Assembly (NCBI GenBank): GCA_028826165.1
Contig: JAPDFW010000071.1
Location: 372,001-436,000 of the forward strand
Direction: 5' to 3'
Origin: Anaeramoeba ignava BMAN
Taxonomy: Eukaryota; Protista; Anaeramoebae
Length of the DNA: 64,000 nt
Shown here: in pieces, positions 26,627 to 40,710 of the stretch
How positions within the stretch are numbered: position 1 is the first letter of the stretch
Layout: the number at the start of each line of letters is the position of its first letter
The notes under the pieces: model-generated
The model's database searches: none
Seen by the model: only the letters and a program-made list of their open reading frames with translations
What the model was told of the DNA's origin: nothing
Program-made: the position numbers and the translations under genes

Positions 26627-27055
26627 ACAGGCAAAAAAAAAAAAAAAGCAAAAAAAAAAAGGAAATCCAAAAAAAAAAAATTTTTTTTCCTCTTTTTTTA
26701 TTTAATTCAAAAAACTAAATAAAATTAAATAAATAAAACAAATAAATAAAACAAATAAATATTAAACAATTAAAATTATTTAATTTTAAGATCAATTTTA
26801 AATTTAAAATTAAACTTTTCTAAATAAAAAAAAAAAACTAAAAACCGTTAAAAATAATAATAAAAATTTTAATTAAAAAAAATTTTTTTTTCCTTGTTGT
26901 ATCAATAAAACTCATAAAAATAAATAAATAAAAACAAAAACACTTTCTATTTTAAGAAAAGAAAAAAAAATCTTCATTTTTGATTTTTTTTTTTTTTTAA
27001 TTTTTATTTTAATTTTAAATTCAATTTTAATTTTAAATTCAATCATTTCATTTTC

Positions 27056-29314
27056 ATGGAAGGAGACAAAAAAAGAAAAATTGAAGAAGCACCTGCACCA
27101 ATGTAACTATTTTGATGACCCTATTCTTTTTCCGTTATTCTTCCTTTTGTCTTCTTTTTAACAACCCAAACAAATAAAATTTTTAAAACAAAAAAAAAAA
27201 TCACAGAAACAAATTAAAATTTTTTCTAACGTTTTTAAATAATAAATAAAAGTTAATTAACTTTAATTTAAATACAAAAATAACAAATAAAAAACAAAAT
27301 AATCTTGAAAACAAAAACAAACAAAAAAATCAAAAACAAATCCTTTTTTTGGATTTATTAAAATATTCCTAATTTCTCAAAAAGAGAAAAAAGAAGACAG
27401 AAGTTAGAAGAAAAACGAATTTAAAAAGAAATGAAAAATTCAATTAACAAAAAAATTTAAATAAAAAATTTAAAATAAAAAAAATTAAATAAAAAATTAA
27501 ATAAAAAATTTAATAAAAAATTTAATAGAGTTGAACCACAATTAGAAGAAGATAAAAGAATTAAAGTTGCACCTCCATCACCTCCAAAGAAACCTCTTAA
27601 TCCATACTTTCTTTTTTCCCAAGATGTTCGTGAGAAAATTAAACTTGATAATCCTGAACTTAAAGGTGGTGAAATTACTAAATTAATTGGCCAACAATGG
27701 AGAGATCTTGATGAAGCTAAAAAAGAAGTATTTCTCTTTTATTATTCTTTTAATTTTTAATTTTTTGATCTTTTTTTGGAATTTATTTATAAAATTAAAA
27801 TTAATTTATAAAATTCATTTATAAGATTAAAATTAAAATTAAAATTAATTTATAAAATTCATATTAAAATTAAAATTAAAATTAAAATTAAAATTAAAAT
27901 TAAAATTAAAATTAAAATTAAAATTAAAATCAAAATTAAAATCAAAATCAAAATCAAAATTAAAATTAAAATCAAAATTAAGATTAAAATTAAAATTAAA
28001 ATCAAAATTAAAATCAAAATCAAATATCAAAATTAAAATTAAAATCAAAATTAAGATTAAAATCAAAATTAAAATTAAAAATTAAAATTAAAAGTAAAAT
28101 TAAAATTAAAATTAAAATTAAAATTAAAATCAAAAATTAAAATTAAAATTCATTTATAAAATTAAAATTAAAATTAAAATTTAAATTAAAATTAAAATTA
28201 AAATTAAAATCAAAAATTAAAATTAAAAATTAAAATTAAAAATTAAAATTAAAATTAAAATTAAAATTAAAATTATAATTAAAATTAATTAAAATTAAAA
28301 TTAAAATCAAAATTCATTTATAAAATCAAAATTAAAATTAAAATTAAAATTAAAATTAATTTATAAAATTCATATTAAAATTAATATTAAAATTAAAATT
28401 AAAATTAAAATTAAAATTAAAATTAAGATTAAAATTAAAAATTAAGATTAAAATTAAAATTAAAATTAAAAAAATTAAATTTAAAATTAAAATTAAAATT
28501 AAAATTAAAATTAAAATTAAAATTAAAATTAAAATTAAAATTAAAATTAAAATTCATTTATAAAATTAAAATCAAAATCAAAATTAAAATCAAAATCAAA
28601 ATTAAAATTAAAATTAAAATTAAAATCAAAATTCATTTATAAAATTAAAATCAAAAATTAAAATTAAGATTAAAATTAAAAATTAAAATTAAAATTAAAA
28701 TTAAAATTAAAATTAAAATCAAAATTAAGATTAAGATTAAAATTAAAATTAAAATCATTTATGAAATTAAAATCAAAATTAAAATTAAAATCAAAATTAA
28801 AATTAAAATCAAAACCAAAATTAAAATTAAAATTAAAATCAAAATTAAAATTAAAATTCATTTATAAAATTAAAATTAAAATTAAAATTAAAATTAAAAT
28901 TAAAATTAAAATTAAAATTAAAATTAAAATTAAAATTAAAATTAAAATTAAAATCAAAATTCATTTATAAAATTAAAATTAAAATTAAAATTCATTTATA
29001 AAATTAAAATCAAAATTAAAATTCATTTATAAAATTAATATCAAAAACAGGAATATAAAGCAAAACACAAGCAATTAATGGAAAAATATAATGAAGAAAT
29101 TAAAGAATATCAAGAGAAATATCCATTTCCAGTACAACCATCAGAAGAATCTGATATTTCTGAAAGTAGTGAACAAGAAGATGAAAGTGATGAAGATTTT
29201 CAAGTAAAAGAAGAAGAAACAGATTCAGAAAAGGAAAAGGATGAGTATTATGAATATCTAGAAAATGATGAAGACGATGAAGATGATGCTACCGATGATT
29301 CAGATTCAGATTAA
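27056..29314 (+). CDS. HMG-box protein with acidic tail (HMGB/Nhp6-like)
   Basis: Exons 27056-27102, 27529-27727, 29051-29314. PKKPLNPYFLFSQDVREKIKLDNPELKGGEITKLIGQQWRDLDEAKKEEY is an HMG box; D/E-rich tail. Confidence 0.9.
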
Positions 29315-29640
29315 ATTCCTTGTTTCCTTTATTCAAGAAAATGATTAATCCACTTTCCAAATTTTTCATTTTCATTCCATTTTTTTTTTTCATTTTGTTT
29401 TTCATCTTTTTTTCTCCTTTTTTTTTTCATTCCTCTTTTTTTTTTTTTCATTCATTGATTCTTTCTTTTCTTGTAAGGGAATTTTCCTTTCAAAAACAAG
29501 AAAAAAAAAACTTATCATTTCAATTCAATTTTTTTTATTTTTTCTTTTATTTTTTTTAAAACCAAAAAATTTAAAAACAAAATTTAAATTTCATTTTTTT
29601 TTTCATTTTTTTTTTCATTTCTTTTCCTTCTTATTTACAA

Positions 29641-31620
29641 ATGGAAAATCAACCCAAAAGACAAAAAAATAATAAAAATAAAAATAAAAAAGAAAATATT
29701 TCATTAAATATTTTATCAAATGAAAATCCATCACAAGAATTAATTTCAAATTCAAGAAATTTAACAGAAAATCAAAAAATGAAAAATTCAAAAAAAAGGA
29801 AACAAGATTTAAAAAAAAATGAAAGTGAAAATGAAAGTGAAAATGAAAGTGGAAATGAAAATGAAAATGAAAGTGAAAATGAAAGTGAAAATGAAAGTGA
29901 AAGTGAAAATGAAAATGAAAACGAAAATCAATTTAAAAATCAAAATCAATATCAATTAAGAAGTCAATTAAGAAATCAATTTAGAAATCAATTTGAAAAT
30001 CAAAATCAATTTAAAAATCAATATCAAAACCAATTAAGAAATCAATTTGAAAATCAATTTAAAAATAAATTTGAAAGTGAAAAAGAAAAAAAAGATAAAG
30101 AAAAAAAAGATGAAGATTTACAATTAGCTTTAAAATTACAAGCAGAATTTGATGAAGAAAATAAAATTTGGGAAAAAAATCAAAATTTAGCAAAAAACGA
30201 TGAACAATATGCACGCAATCTACAAGAAAAATATATAAGCGAAGTAAGAGAAATCTTGGAAGAAAGAGAAGAAGAACAAAATGGTGAAGATGATGAAGAT
30301 GAAAATGCACATATTCAAGAATATGAAACTGAACCAGAAACAGAAACAGATTCAGAAACAGATTCAGAAACAATTTCAGAAGATGAATATGAAAGAGGAG
30401 AATATTTAGATGAAGAAAGAGATCAAGAATATATTCCTCCTGATGATTATCTTGATGATTCTGATTCAGATACAAATGTTGAAGCTTTTCCTACTCCTGT
30501 TTCTTATCATACAACTAGATTTATAACAAGAAATCATTCTTCTCATCATAATGATCATACAAATGACCATTATTCTCATTATTCTAAACCAAGAAATTCT
30601 ATTTCGAGATTGGTTCAACAATTACCAACAAGAGTTTTAAAGAAAGAAACATTAAATGAATCAGATTCAAAGTTAATATTCAATTTAAACATTTAATTTA
30701 AATATTCAATTTAAATATTCAATTAAATATTAATCAATTTAAATATTTAATTTAAATATTAATCAATTTAAATAATTTAATATTCAATTTTAATATTCAA
30801 TTTAAATATTCAATTTAAATATTCAATTTTAAATAATTTCAATATTCAATTTAAATAATATTCAATTTAAATATTCAATTTAAATAATAATTAAATAATC
30901 AAATTAAATATTCAATTTAAATAATCAATTTAAATAATCAATTTAAATAATTAAATAATCAATTTAAATAATTAAATAATCAATTTAAATAATATTCAAT
31001 TTAAATATTAATCAATTTAAATATTCAATTTAAATAATTTAATATTCAATTTAATATTCAATTTAAATAATTAAATAATCAATTTAAATAATTTAATATT
31101 CAATTTTAAATAATATTCAATTTAAATAATCAATTTAAATAATCAATTTAAATAATTAATTTAAATATTTATTATTGAATTTAAATATTTTATTTAAATA
31201 TTCAATTTAAATATTAATCAATTTAAATAATCAATTTAAATATTCAATTTAAATAATCAATTTAAATAATTAATTTAAATATTCAATAATCAATTTAAAT
31301 ATTCAATTTAAATATTCAATTTAAATATTCAATATTCAATTTAAATATTCAATTTAAATAATTTATTATTGATTTAAATATTTTATTTAAAAGATGTGTT
31401 ATTTGCTTAGAAGATTACCAAGATAATGATGTCGTTAAAGTATTGCCTTGTTTCCATTTTTTTCATAAAGAGTAATTTTATTAAATTTTTTTTTCCGATT
31501 TCCAATTTACTCATTTCTTTTCCTTTTTTTTTAATTAGTTGTATTGACCGATGGCTTTCAAATCATACACAATGTCCAGTTTGCAAAACATCTGTCAATA
31601 TACAAAACAAATATAAATAA
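29641..31620 (+). CDS. RING-H2 E3 ubiquitin ligase with MIU-like ubiquitin-binding motifs
   Basis: Exon 1 to 30671, then CVICLEDYQDNDVVKVLPCFHFFHKD-CIDRWLSNHTQCPVCK. MIU-like DEDLQLALKLQ and DEQYARNLQ. Confidence 0.9.
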
Positions 31621-31800
31621 AATAAAGAAAACAAAATCTTGACTTATTTTTTCTTTTTATTTTTTATGTTATGACTAATTTTTATTATTTTATGAGTAAT
31701 TTTGATTAAAAGAAAAAAATAAATTAAAAAAGTTTTTTTTTTCCGTTTTTCATTTTTCATTTTTCTTTTTTTCTATTTTTTTAATTTTATTAAATATTTT

Positions 31801-33684
31801 ATGAGTGAAATTGGTTCGTTATTTTAATTAAAGTTTTTTCTTCAAATAATTTAAAATTTTAATTTAAAATTTTTAATTTAAAAAATTTTAATAATCCAGA
31901 AGAATATTCATCACCAAAAAATAACGACGACTTTAATGAAGATCTTTCATCAACAAATCAGAATGAAATGATTATTTTGGAAGAAATTAAACGGATGAAA
32001 CAAAGTGTTTTTGACCTTGAAAAACGAGCATTTCAACAAAAACAAAAGCAAAACGAAAATGAAATTGAAAAAAAAGATGAAAAAAACACAAATTCAACCG
32101 TTCAAAATCAAAAAATAGATTCAAACAATGAAGAACAAGATGAGGACGATCAAAAAAGTGATGAAAAATCAAATGAAGATGATTTTAAAGAAGACAACGA
32201 ATTGCAAAGTATTTTACAAGAAACAACATTAAATGATGTATTTAAATAAAAAAAAAGAAACAATTTTTTGAATAAAAAAAAGAGAAAAACTTAAATTGAA
32301 AAAAACCCAAAATCAATTATAAAAAAAAAAGCAAAAATTCCAAAAAGAAAAAAAAGAAAAAAAAGAAAATGTGGAACAAATTGAGATGAATAAAAATGAA
32401 AGAAAAACGGAAGAAAAACAAAAAGAAAAAGATGATCCAAAAGAAGAAACATCACTGGAAGAAGATCAAGAAGAAACATTTGCAGCTAAAATTCGGGATG
32501 GATTTATTCCACATTCAGGAGATGAATATGAAAAAAATGTGGAATCAAGAGGAGAACATTCAAGGAAACATCGAAGAAGTGAAACACGAGAAGATGATGG
32601 TCCTTCAGAGATTTTTGTTGGAAATCTTTCGTATAATGCAACAAAAGAGCATTTAATCGAGAAATTCAAGGATATTGATACAATAGTGTAAATTAAAATT
32701 TATTTATAAAATTAAAATTTGAATTAAAATTTAAATTAAAATCAAAATCAAAATTAAAATTAAATTAAAATTAAATTTAAAATCAAAATTAAAATCAAAA
32801 TTAAAATTAAAATTAAAATCAAAATTAAAATCAAAATTAAAATCAAAATTAAAATTAAAATTCATTTAAAATTAAAATTAAAATTAAAATCAAAATCAAA
32901 ATTAAAATTCATTTATAAATAAAATCAAAATTAAAATTAAAATCAAAATTAAAATTCATTTATAAAATTAAAATTAAAATTAAAATTAAAATTAAAATTA
33001 AATTTAAATTTAAAATTCATTTATAAAATTAAAATCAAAATTAAAATTCATTTATAAAATTAAAATTCATTTATAAAATTAAAATTCATTTATAAAATTA
33101 AAATTAAAATCAAAATTAAAATTAGTGATGCTCACATTATATTAGATCCACATAATGGAAGGTCTCGGGGATTTGGATTTGTGAAATTCGAGCAATCAAA
33201 ATCAGCAGCAAAAGCCTGCAAGTTAAAAAGTAATGAAGTAATCCTTGGACGACCTATACGGATAAATCTAGCAAGTGAGAAAAGATACGATCATCCCAAA
33301 AGAGAAAATATTCGACAATTTTCATCAAAAGAAGAAAACTGGAGCCCACGACGCTCAGGAAACTCTACTCACTCACGAAACAAAGAACCCACAATTCGTC
33401 ACAGCTCGAAAGGCTTGAGCGGTTTCTCTCCCTCTCTTCCCAATCTCTCACAAAATCCTTTAACATCTCCTACTATTCTTCCTTCTCTTTTTCCAAATTC
33501 TTTTTTAAATCCAAAACAATTATTTCCTTTACAATCACAAATAAATCCTCAATCTCATTTGGAGTTAATTCAACATGCCCTTGGGTTGAAAAACTTAAAC
33601 CCAAATGTCTCTTCTCTTGCTGCCTTAATGAGCCAATCTCAAAAAAGAAACTTCAATAATTTAAATAATAATCAATTTAAATAA
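31801..33684 (+). CDS. RRM-domain RNA-binding protein
   Basis: Multi-exon (second acceptor uncertain). RNP2 IFVGNLSY and RNP1 RGFGFVKF lie on either side of intron ~32688-33125. Confidence 0.82.
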
Positions 33685-34960
33685 TAATCAATTTAAATAA
33701 TAATCAATTTAAATAATAATCAATTTAAATATTCAATTTAAATAATAATCAATTTAAATAATCATTTAAAAATAATCAATTTAAATAATATTCAATTTAA
33801 ATAATCAATTTAAATATTATTCAATTTAAATATTCAATTTAAATATTATTCAATTTAAATATTCAATTTAAATATTCATCAATTTAAATAATAATCAATT
33901 TAAATAATATTCAATTTAAATAATATTCAATTTAAATAATCAATTTAAATAATCTTCAATTTAAATAATCTTCAATTTAAATAATATTCAATTTAAATAA
34001 TAATCAATTTAAATAATATTCAATTTAAATAATAATCAATTTAAATATTCAATTTTAAATAATATTCAATTTAAATAATATTCAATTTAAATATTATTCA
34101 ATTTAAATATTCAATTTAAATAATCAATTTAAATATTCAATTTAAATAATAATCAATTTAAATATTCAATTTAAATAATAATCAATTTAAATAATATTCA
34201 ATTTTAAAAATATTAATAATTAAATTTAAATAATAATCAATTTAAATAATAATCAATTTAAATAATAATCAATTTAAATATTCAATTTAAATATTCAATT
34301 TAAATATTCAATTTAAATATTCAATTTAAATAATAATCAATTTAAATATTCAATTTAAATAATATTATTCAATTTAAATAATATTCAATTTTAATATTCA
34401 ATTTAAATAATTTCCATTTAAATAATATTCAATTTAAATAATAATCAATTTAAATAATCAATTTAAACAATATTCAATTTAAATAATAATCAATTTAAAT
34501 AATAATCAATTTAAATAATATTCAATTTAAATAATAATCAATTTAAATAATTTAATTTAAATAATATTCAATTTAAATAATAATCAATTTAAATAATATT
34601 CAATTTAAATATTCAATTTAAATAATCAATTTAAATAATATTCAATTTAAATAATCAATTTAAATAATCAATTTAAATATTCAATTTAAATAATATTCAA
34701 TTTAAATAATCTTCAATTTAAATAATAATCAATTTAAATAATATTCAATTTAAATAATAATCAATTTAAATAATAATCAATTTAAATAATAATCAATTTA
34801 AATAATAATCAATTTAAATAATATTTAATTTAAATATTCAATTTAAATAATATTCAATTTAAATAATCAATTTAAATAATATTCAATTTAAATAATATTC
34901 AATTTAAATAATATTCAATTTAAATAATAATCAATTTAAATAATATTCAATTTAAATAAT
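33655..34960. repeat. Degenerate (AATCAATTTAAAT..)n satellite
   Basis: The tandem array starts inside the last codons of the RRM gene. Confidence 0.9.
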
Positions 34961-35402
34961 TTCCATTTTTTTAATTAAGGAAATCCACTTTTTTTTATTC
35001 AATTCAATTTATCTCAATTTATCTCAATTTATCTGAATCTCAATTTTAAATTTAAATTGTTTTCTTTCTTTTAATTTGTTTGGATTTCTTCGAGATTCTT
35101 TTTAATTTCTCTTTTTCTCTTTTCCTTTTTCATAAAGTTTTTAAGTTTTATTTAAATTTTTGTTTTAAAATTGTTTTAAAATTGTTTTAAATTTTTGTTT
35201 AATTTTTTGTTTATTTTTTGAAAGGAAACATTAGTTCATTAAGAAAAAATGTAAATAATACTTTCAAAAAAAAAAAATACTTAAAGAAGCTTAAAAAAAA
35301 AAACTTGAGATTCTGCAAAAATACAAAAAAAAAAAATTATTAAAAATCAAATCAAAAAAAAAAAAGTAAAATGAAAATTTTTTTTTCAATTAAATTAATC
35401 AA

Positions 35403-37115
35403 TTATTTTCGAGATCTTGGATCAGGAATCTTAACATAAGTAAATAAATCAAAATTAAATTTAAAAGGAAGTTTACGAGTTATTGCACAAACTGGTTGAG
35501 GTTTTGGTTCATCTTGACCAATAAAAAAATCTTCCAAAGATTTAAATTGAAGAGGTTTTTGATTTGGTAAATAACCGAAATGATTTGCAATTTTTGGAAT
35601 TAACCATTTTACAAAACAATAACTATTTGGATCGCTTTCTGTGCCAATAAAATGTTTTATAACTGCAAATATCTCATATCCTGATTGAGTCCTCATTCCA
35701 ACACAATCTCCTAGTTCAATCATAACTGGCTCCATTTTGTTATAGTTTGAAAAATTTTGTTGATATTCATTGTTTATTGGTGAATTATTTGTGTTGTATT
35801 CTTGTTCGTTTTGATCTTCTGTTTCCATTTCTGTTTGCATATCATTTTGCATATCTTGAATATTTTGCATATCATTTTGCATATTTTGAATATCATTTTG
35901 AATATTTTGCATATTTTGAATATTTTGTTCATTTTGAATATTTTGCATATCATTTTGCATATTTTGAATATTTTGAATATTTTGTTCATTTTGAATATTT
36001 TGAATATTTTGAATATTTTGAATATTTTGAATATTTTGAATATTTTGAATATCTTGTTCATTTTGTTCATTTTGTTCATTTTGTATATTTTTTTGTGAAT
36101 TTTTTGGTTGTGATTGATTGATTAAATTTTGACGGTAACGAAGAATAGAGAAAGAAGGTTGGCGATGAAAATAAGAAAGTTGAGATTGTTGATGATTAAA
36201 GGAATTATTAGGATAATTCTGCGAAACAGACATTGAAATTGAACTAGATAAAGGATTTATATTTTGATTTTGATTTTGATTTTTGAATTGATTTTGATTT
36301 TGATTTTGATTTTGATTTTGATTTTGATTTTGATTTTGATTTTGATTTTGATTTGGATTTTGATTTGGATTTTGATTCAATTGTGATTGCTGAAAATTTC
36401 GATAGTAATATGACTGATTTTGTTGCATATTCGGATAAGGAAAAGCAGAACGATCTTGATAACCATAAAGTAACGGATTTGGGGGATAAACTGGTCGCAT
36501 TTGAGGTGACATATTTTGACCGGATGTGTTTATAGAAAGTGATTTCGAGGGAATAAACGCATCCAAGTCGCCCTGTTGCATTTCTGAGCGGTAATATGGC
36601 TCTGTAAGACTTCTGCCTTTGAGTTGCTTAGCTTCATCACTCTCATCAAGCTCGACAACATCTTGCATTGAGTTTGGTCTTTCATTTATAGAATAAGTTT
36701 TTTTCATAGCCTCTGGATTATTATGGTCCATATTAATCTTAGGGCTAAGAACCGACATCTGACGTCCTTGTGACTTGAGATCATGAACTAAAGTGGGAGC
36801 AGAATCGTCATCTTCTTTAAATCGAACTGTGAGCGCGCGTTTGGGTTTGGATTGTGAGCTTTTTTGTTGCGTTTTTTGGGGTTTTGTCCGCTTGCTTTTT
36901 TTGTGGTGTTTTTTCTTCTTTGTTGAATTGGGCATTAATGATAAAGGAATTGTTGGCACTGGATTTATAGGTCTCATGACCCCGTGCCGCTTCTGATAGA
37001 TTGCGCATGCGTTGCAGTAGTATTTTCCATCAATTTTCCTCCAGATAGGTGTCTTTGTTACTTTGCAATCTGGGTTACTGCATTGAATTGAAGGATTTGA
37101 ATTGTTTTCATCCAT
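35403..37115 (-). CDS. GATA zinc-finger protein, GATAD1-like
   Basis: Intronless. CSNPDCKVTKTPIWRKIDGKYYCNAC finger, Q/N-rich middle, and a C-terminal GDCVGM..FAVIKHF..VKWLIP..FFIGQDEP region resembling the GATAD1 C-terminal domain. Confidence 0.8.
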   Translation of the reverse strand: MDENNSNPSIQCSNPDCKVTKTPIWRKIDGKYYCNACAIYQKRHGVMRPINPVPTIPLSLMPNSTKKKKHHKKSKRTKPQKTQQKSSQSKPKRALTVRFKEDDDSAPTLVHDLKSQGRQMSVLSPKINMDHNNPEAMKKTYSINERPNSMQDVVELDESDEAKQLKGRSLTEPYYRSEMQQGDLDAFIPSKSLSINTSGQNMSPQMRPVYPPNPLLYGYQDRSAFPYPNMQQNQSYYYRNFQQSQLNQNPNQNPNQNQNQNQNQNQNQNQNQNQNQFKNQNQNQNINPLSSSISMSVSQNYPNNSFNHQQSQLSYFHRQPSFSILRYRQNLINQSQPKNSQKNIQNEQNEQNEQDIQNIQNIQNIQNIQNIQNIQNEQNIQNIQNMQNDMQNIQNEQNIQNMQNIQNDIQNMQNDMQNIQDMQNDMQTEMETEDQNEQEYNTNNSPINNEYQQNFSNYNKMEPVMIELGDCVGMRTQSGYEIFAVIKHFIGTESDPNSYCFVKWLIPKIANHFGYLPNQKPLQFKSLEDFFIGQDEPKPQPVCAITRKLPFKFNFDLFTYVKIPDPRSRK

Positions 37116-38428
37116 TTCGATTTTTATTTTTATTTATTTTTTCTTTATTTTAAATTAAAATTAAAATTAAATTAAAATTAAATTAATTTTAAATGTTTTT
37201 TGGGTTTGAGTTAATTTTTTTTTAATTAAGGAATTGAATAAATTTAATTTGTATATTTATAAAAAAAGAAAGAAAGAGAGAATAAAAAAATGAAAAAAAA
37301 ATTTTTTTTAAATTTAAATAAATAAAAACAACTCAATAAAAATTTAAATAAAAGAAATTAAAATAAAAGAAATTAAATAAAAGAAATTAAAATAAAATTA
37401 AATAAAAGAAATTAAATAAAAGAAATTAAATAAAGAGAATTAAATAAGAAAAATTAAATAAAAGAATTAAATTGAGAGGTTGAAATATTTATTAAAAATT
37501 ATTTTATTTGGTGTTAAAATTTAAATTATTTTTGTGTAATTTTTTTGGGGGATTCAAGTTTGATTTTTAATTGATTTTAAGGAAAGATCTCTTATTTTGA
37601 AATATTTTTGATTAAAAAAATTTGTTTTTATGAAATTTTTATTACTTATTTAATTAATATTTTATTTATTTTGTTATTTAAAATTTTTTCTCATTTTAAA
37701 TTTTTATTTATTTTTTTTTTATTTTAATTTCCAAAAAAAAAAAAAAAAGATTTTAATAATAAATAATTTAATAAATTATTAGTTTATATTGTTTTAATTA
37801 AAATTAATTTTTTGAAATAGTCATTACTTACTATAACTTTTGAATAAAGATCAGTGCTTTGATCGTTTTAAAGTTTTTTTTTTAGTTTGATTTTAAGTTT
37901 TAAATAAAAATTTGTTTTTAAATAAAGTAAAAAAAAAAAAAAAAGAAAGAAAAAAAATGAATTAGAAAAATAAAAAATAAAAAGAAAAAAAATGAATAAA
38001 AAGAAATGATTTTGCTTTTCTTTGTTTTAAAATTAATTAAATTTTAAAAAAAAATTTTTTTCTTTCTCAATTAAAAAAATTAAAATTAAAATTAAAATTT
38101 AAAATTAAAATTTAAAATCAAGAAATTAAAATAAAAAAAGAATTCAAATTTTTATAAACTTATATTTTTTTAAATTTTTTTGGAGATCAACTGAATTTAA
38201 AAATTATATTTAAAGAAAATTAAAAGTAAAATTAAAAAATTCCTCAAAATAAATAAATTGAGAAAAATTTTTAAGGATAAAAAGGGTTTATTAATTGTTA
38301 TTTGTTTTTATTTTTAAGTGAATTTTTTTTTACTTTTTTCAATTATGATCTTTAATCAAAATTTTTTCTTTCTTTTTTTTTTTTTTTAATTAATTTAATT
38401 TAATTTAATTGGAGACTTGAATTTTTAA

Positions 38429-38460
<32 letters not shown>

Positions 38461-39049
38461 AATGAGAATTTTTTTCTAATTAAAATTAACTAATCAAATT
38501 GTTTCTTCTTAAAGAATTAAAATAAATATTATTTTAAACATGGATCTTTAAATAAAAAATCAACAAGAAATAGATCAAATTAAATATTACAAATAAAAGG
38601 TGAATTCGAAAAAAAAAAACTAAGCAATATTTTAAAAAGAGTTTTCCATTTTAATTTAAATTTAAATTTAAATCTAAAACTCAAATCTTGAATCAAAATA
38701 AATTATTCTTATTAATAAAAAAGGGGGTTAATTTAATAAGAAAAATTTTAAATTTAAAATGAATTATAAATCTTTAATAAAAAAAAAATAATATTAGAAA
38801 TTAATACTCTAATTAAATTATTCAAAAATCTGAGACTAAAAGAAAAATTTTAAATTTATATTTTTTGATTAATTAATGAACCAAAGGAATTAAATTGTGT
38901 GTTTTTAAAATAAAGGGGATCGAAAATAAGTAATTATTAATTGAACTCACAAAACAAAAATCCAAAAAAATAGTCTTCTTAAACAAATATTTTGAAAAGA
39001 ATTAAAATTGAAAAGATATTCAATTTTAATTTTTAAAGATTAAATTAAT

Positions 39050-40710
39050 TAAAAAATTTGGATTAAATTTTTGGAATAATTAAGAATAAAAAATATTAGT
39101 TTTAATCAAATATTTTAAAATAAAATATAATTTAAAATAGATCAAATTAAATATTATAAATTAAAGGGGAATTAAAAATTAATATAAAATTAAATAAAAA
39201 ATATCAAATCGAAAAAATTTGGAAAAATAAATATAAAATAATTAAGAATAAAAATAACAGTTTTAAACAAATATTTTTAAAATAAAATATAATTTAAAAT
39301 AGATCAAAATTAAATATTATAAATTAAAGGGGGAATTAAAAATCAATATAAAATTAAATAAAAATATAAAATCGAAAAATTTGGAAAAATAAATATAAAA
39401 TAATTAAGAATAAAAATATTAATTTTAAACAAATATTTTAAAATAAAATATAATTTAAAATAGATCAAATTAAATATTATAAATTAAAGGGGAATTAAAA
39501 ATCAATATAAAATTAAATAAAAATATTAAATCGAAAAATTTGGAAAAATAGATATAAAATAATTAAGAATAAAAATAACAGTTTTAAACAAATATTTTAA
39601 AATAAAATATAATTTAAAATAGATCAAATTAAATATTATAAATTAAAGGGGAATCAAAAATCAATATAAAATTAAATAAAAAATAATAAAATCGAAAAAA
39701 TTTGGAAAAATAGATATAAAATAATTAAGAATAAAAATATTAGTTTTAAACAAATATTTTAAAATAAAATATAATTTAAAATAGATCAAATTAAATATTA
39801 TAAATTAAAGGGGATTAAAAAAATTAAAATATAAAAAATTAAATGGAAAAAAAATATAAAATCGAAAAATTTGGAAAAATAAATATAAAATAATTAAGAA
39901 TAAAAATAATAAAGTTTTAAAAAAAAAACAAATATTTCAAAATAAAATATAATTTAAAATAGATCAAATTAAATATTATAAATTAAAAGGTGAATTAAAA
40001 AATCAATATAAAAATTAAATAAAAAATATTAAATCGAAAAATTTGGAAAAATAGATATAAAATAATTAAGAATAAAAATAATAGTTTTAATCAAATATTT
40101 TTAAAAATAAAATATAATTTAAAATAGATCAAATTAAATATTATAAATAAAAGGTGAATTAAAAATTAATATAAAATTAAATAAAAATATCAAATTAAAA
40201 AAATTTGGAAAAATAGATATAAAATAATTAAGAATAAAAATAACAATTTTAATCAAATATTTTAAAAATAAAATATAATTTAAAATAGATCAAATTAAAT
40301 ATTATAAATAAAAGGGAATTAAAAATTAATATAAAATCAAATGGAAAAAATATTAAATCGAAAAATTTGGAAAAATAGATATAAAATAATTAAGAATAAA
40401 AATATTAGTTTTAATCAAATATTTTAAAAATAAATAAAAAATAATTTAAAAAATAGAATAAAATTAAATTAAATATTATAAATAAAAGGGGAATTAAAAA
40501 TTAATATAAAATTAAATAAAAAATATCAAATTAAAAAAATTTGGAAAAATAGATATAAAATAATTAAGAATAAAAAATAACAGTTTTAAACAAATATTTT
40601 AAAATAAAATATAATTTAAAATAGATCAAATTAAATATTATAAATTAAAGGGAATCAAAAATCAATATAAAATTAAATAAAAAATATTAAATCGAAAAAA
40701 ATTTTGGAAA
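39050..40710. repeat. ~162-bp tandem satellite, about 10 copies
   Basis: AGATCAAA anchor at 39139, 39301, 39462, 39621, 39783, 39961, 40126, 40287, ~40456 (variant) and 40623. Confidence 0.93.

Noticed and set aside
37845-37870. Small hairpin GATCA-GTGCTT-TGATC as ncRNA or Helitron end
   Set aside because: Only a 5-bp stem, with no supporting RNA family motif or element termini.
39050-40710. CRISPR-like array
   Set aside because: The whole unit repeats with no unique spacers, there are no cas genes, and the context is eukaryotic.
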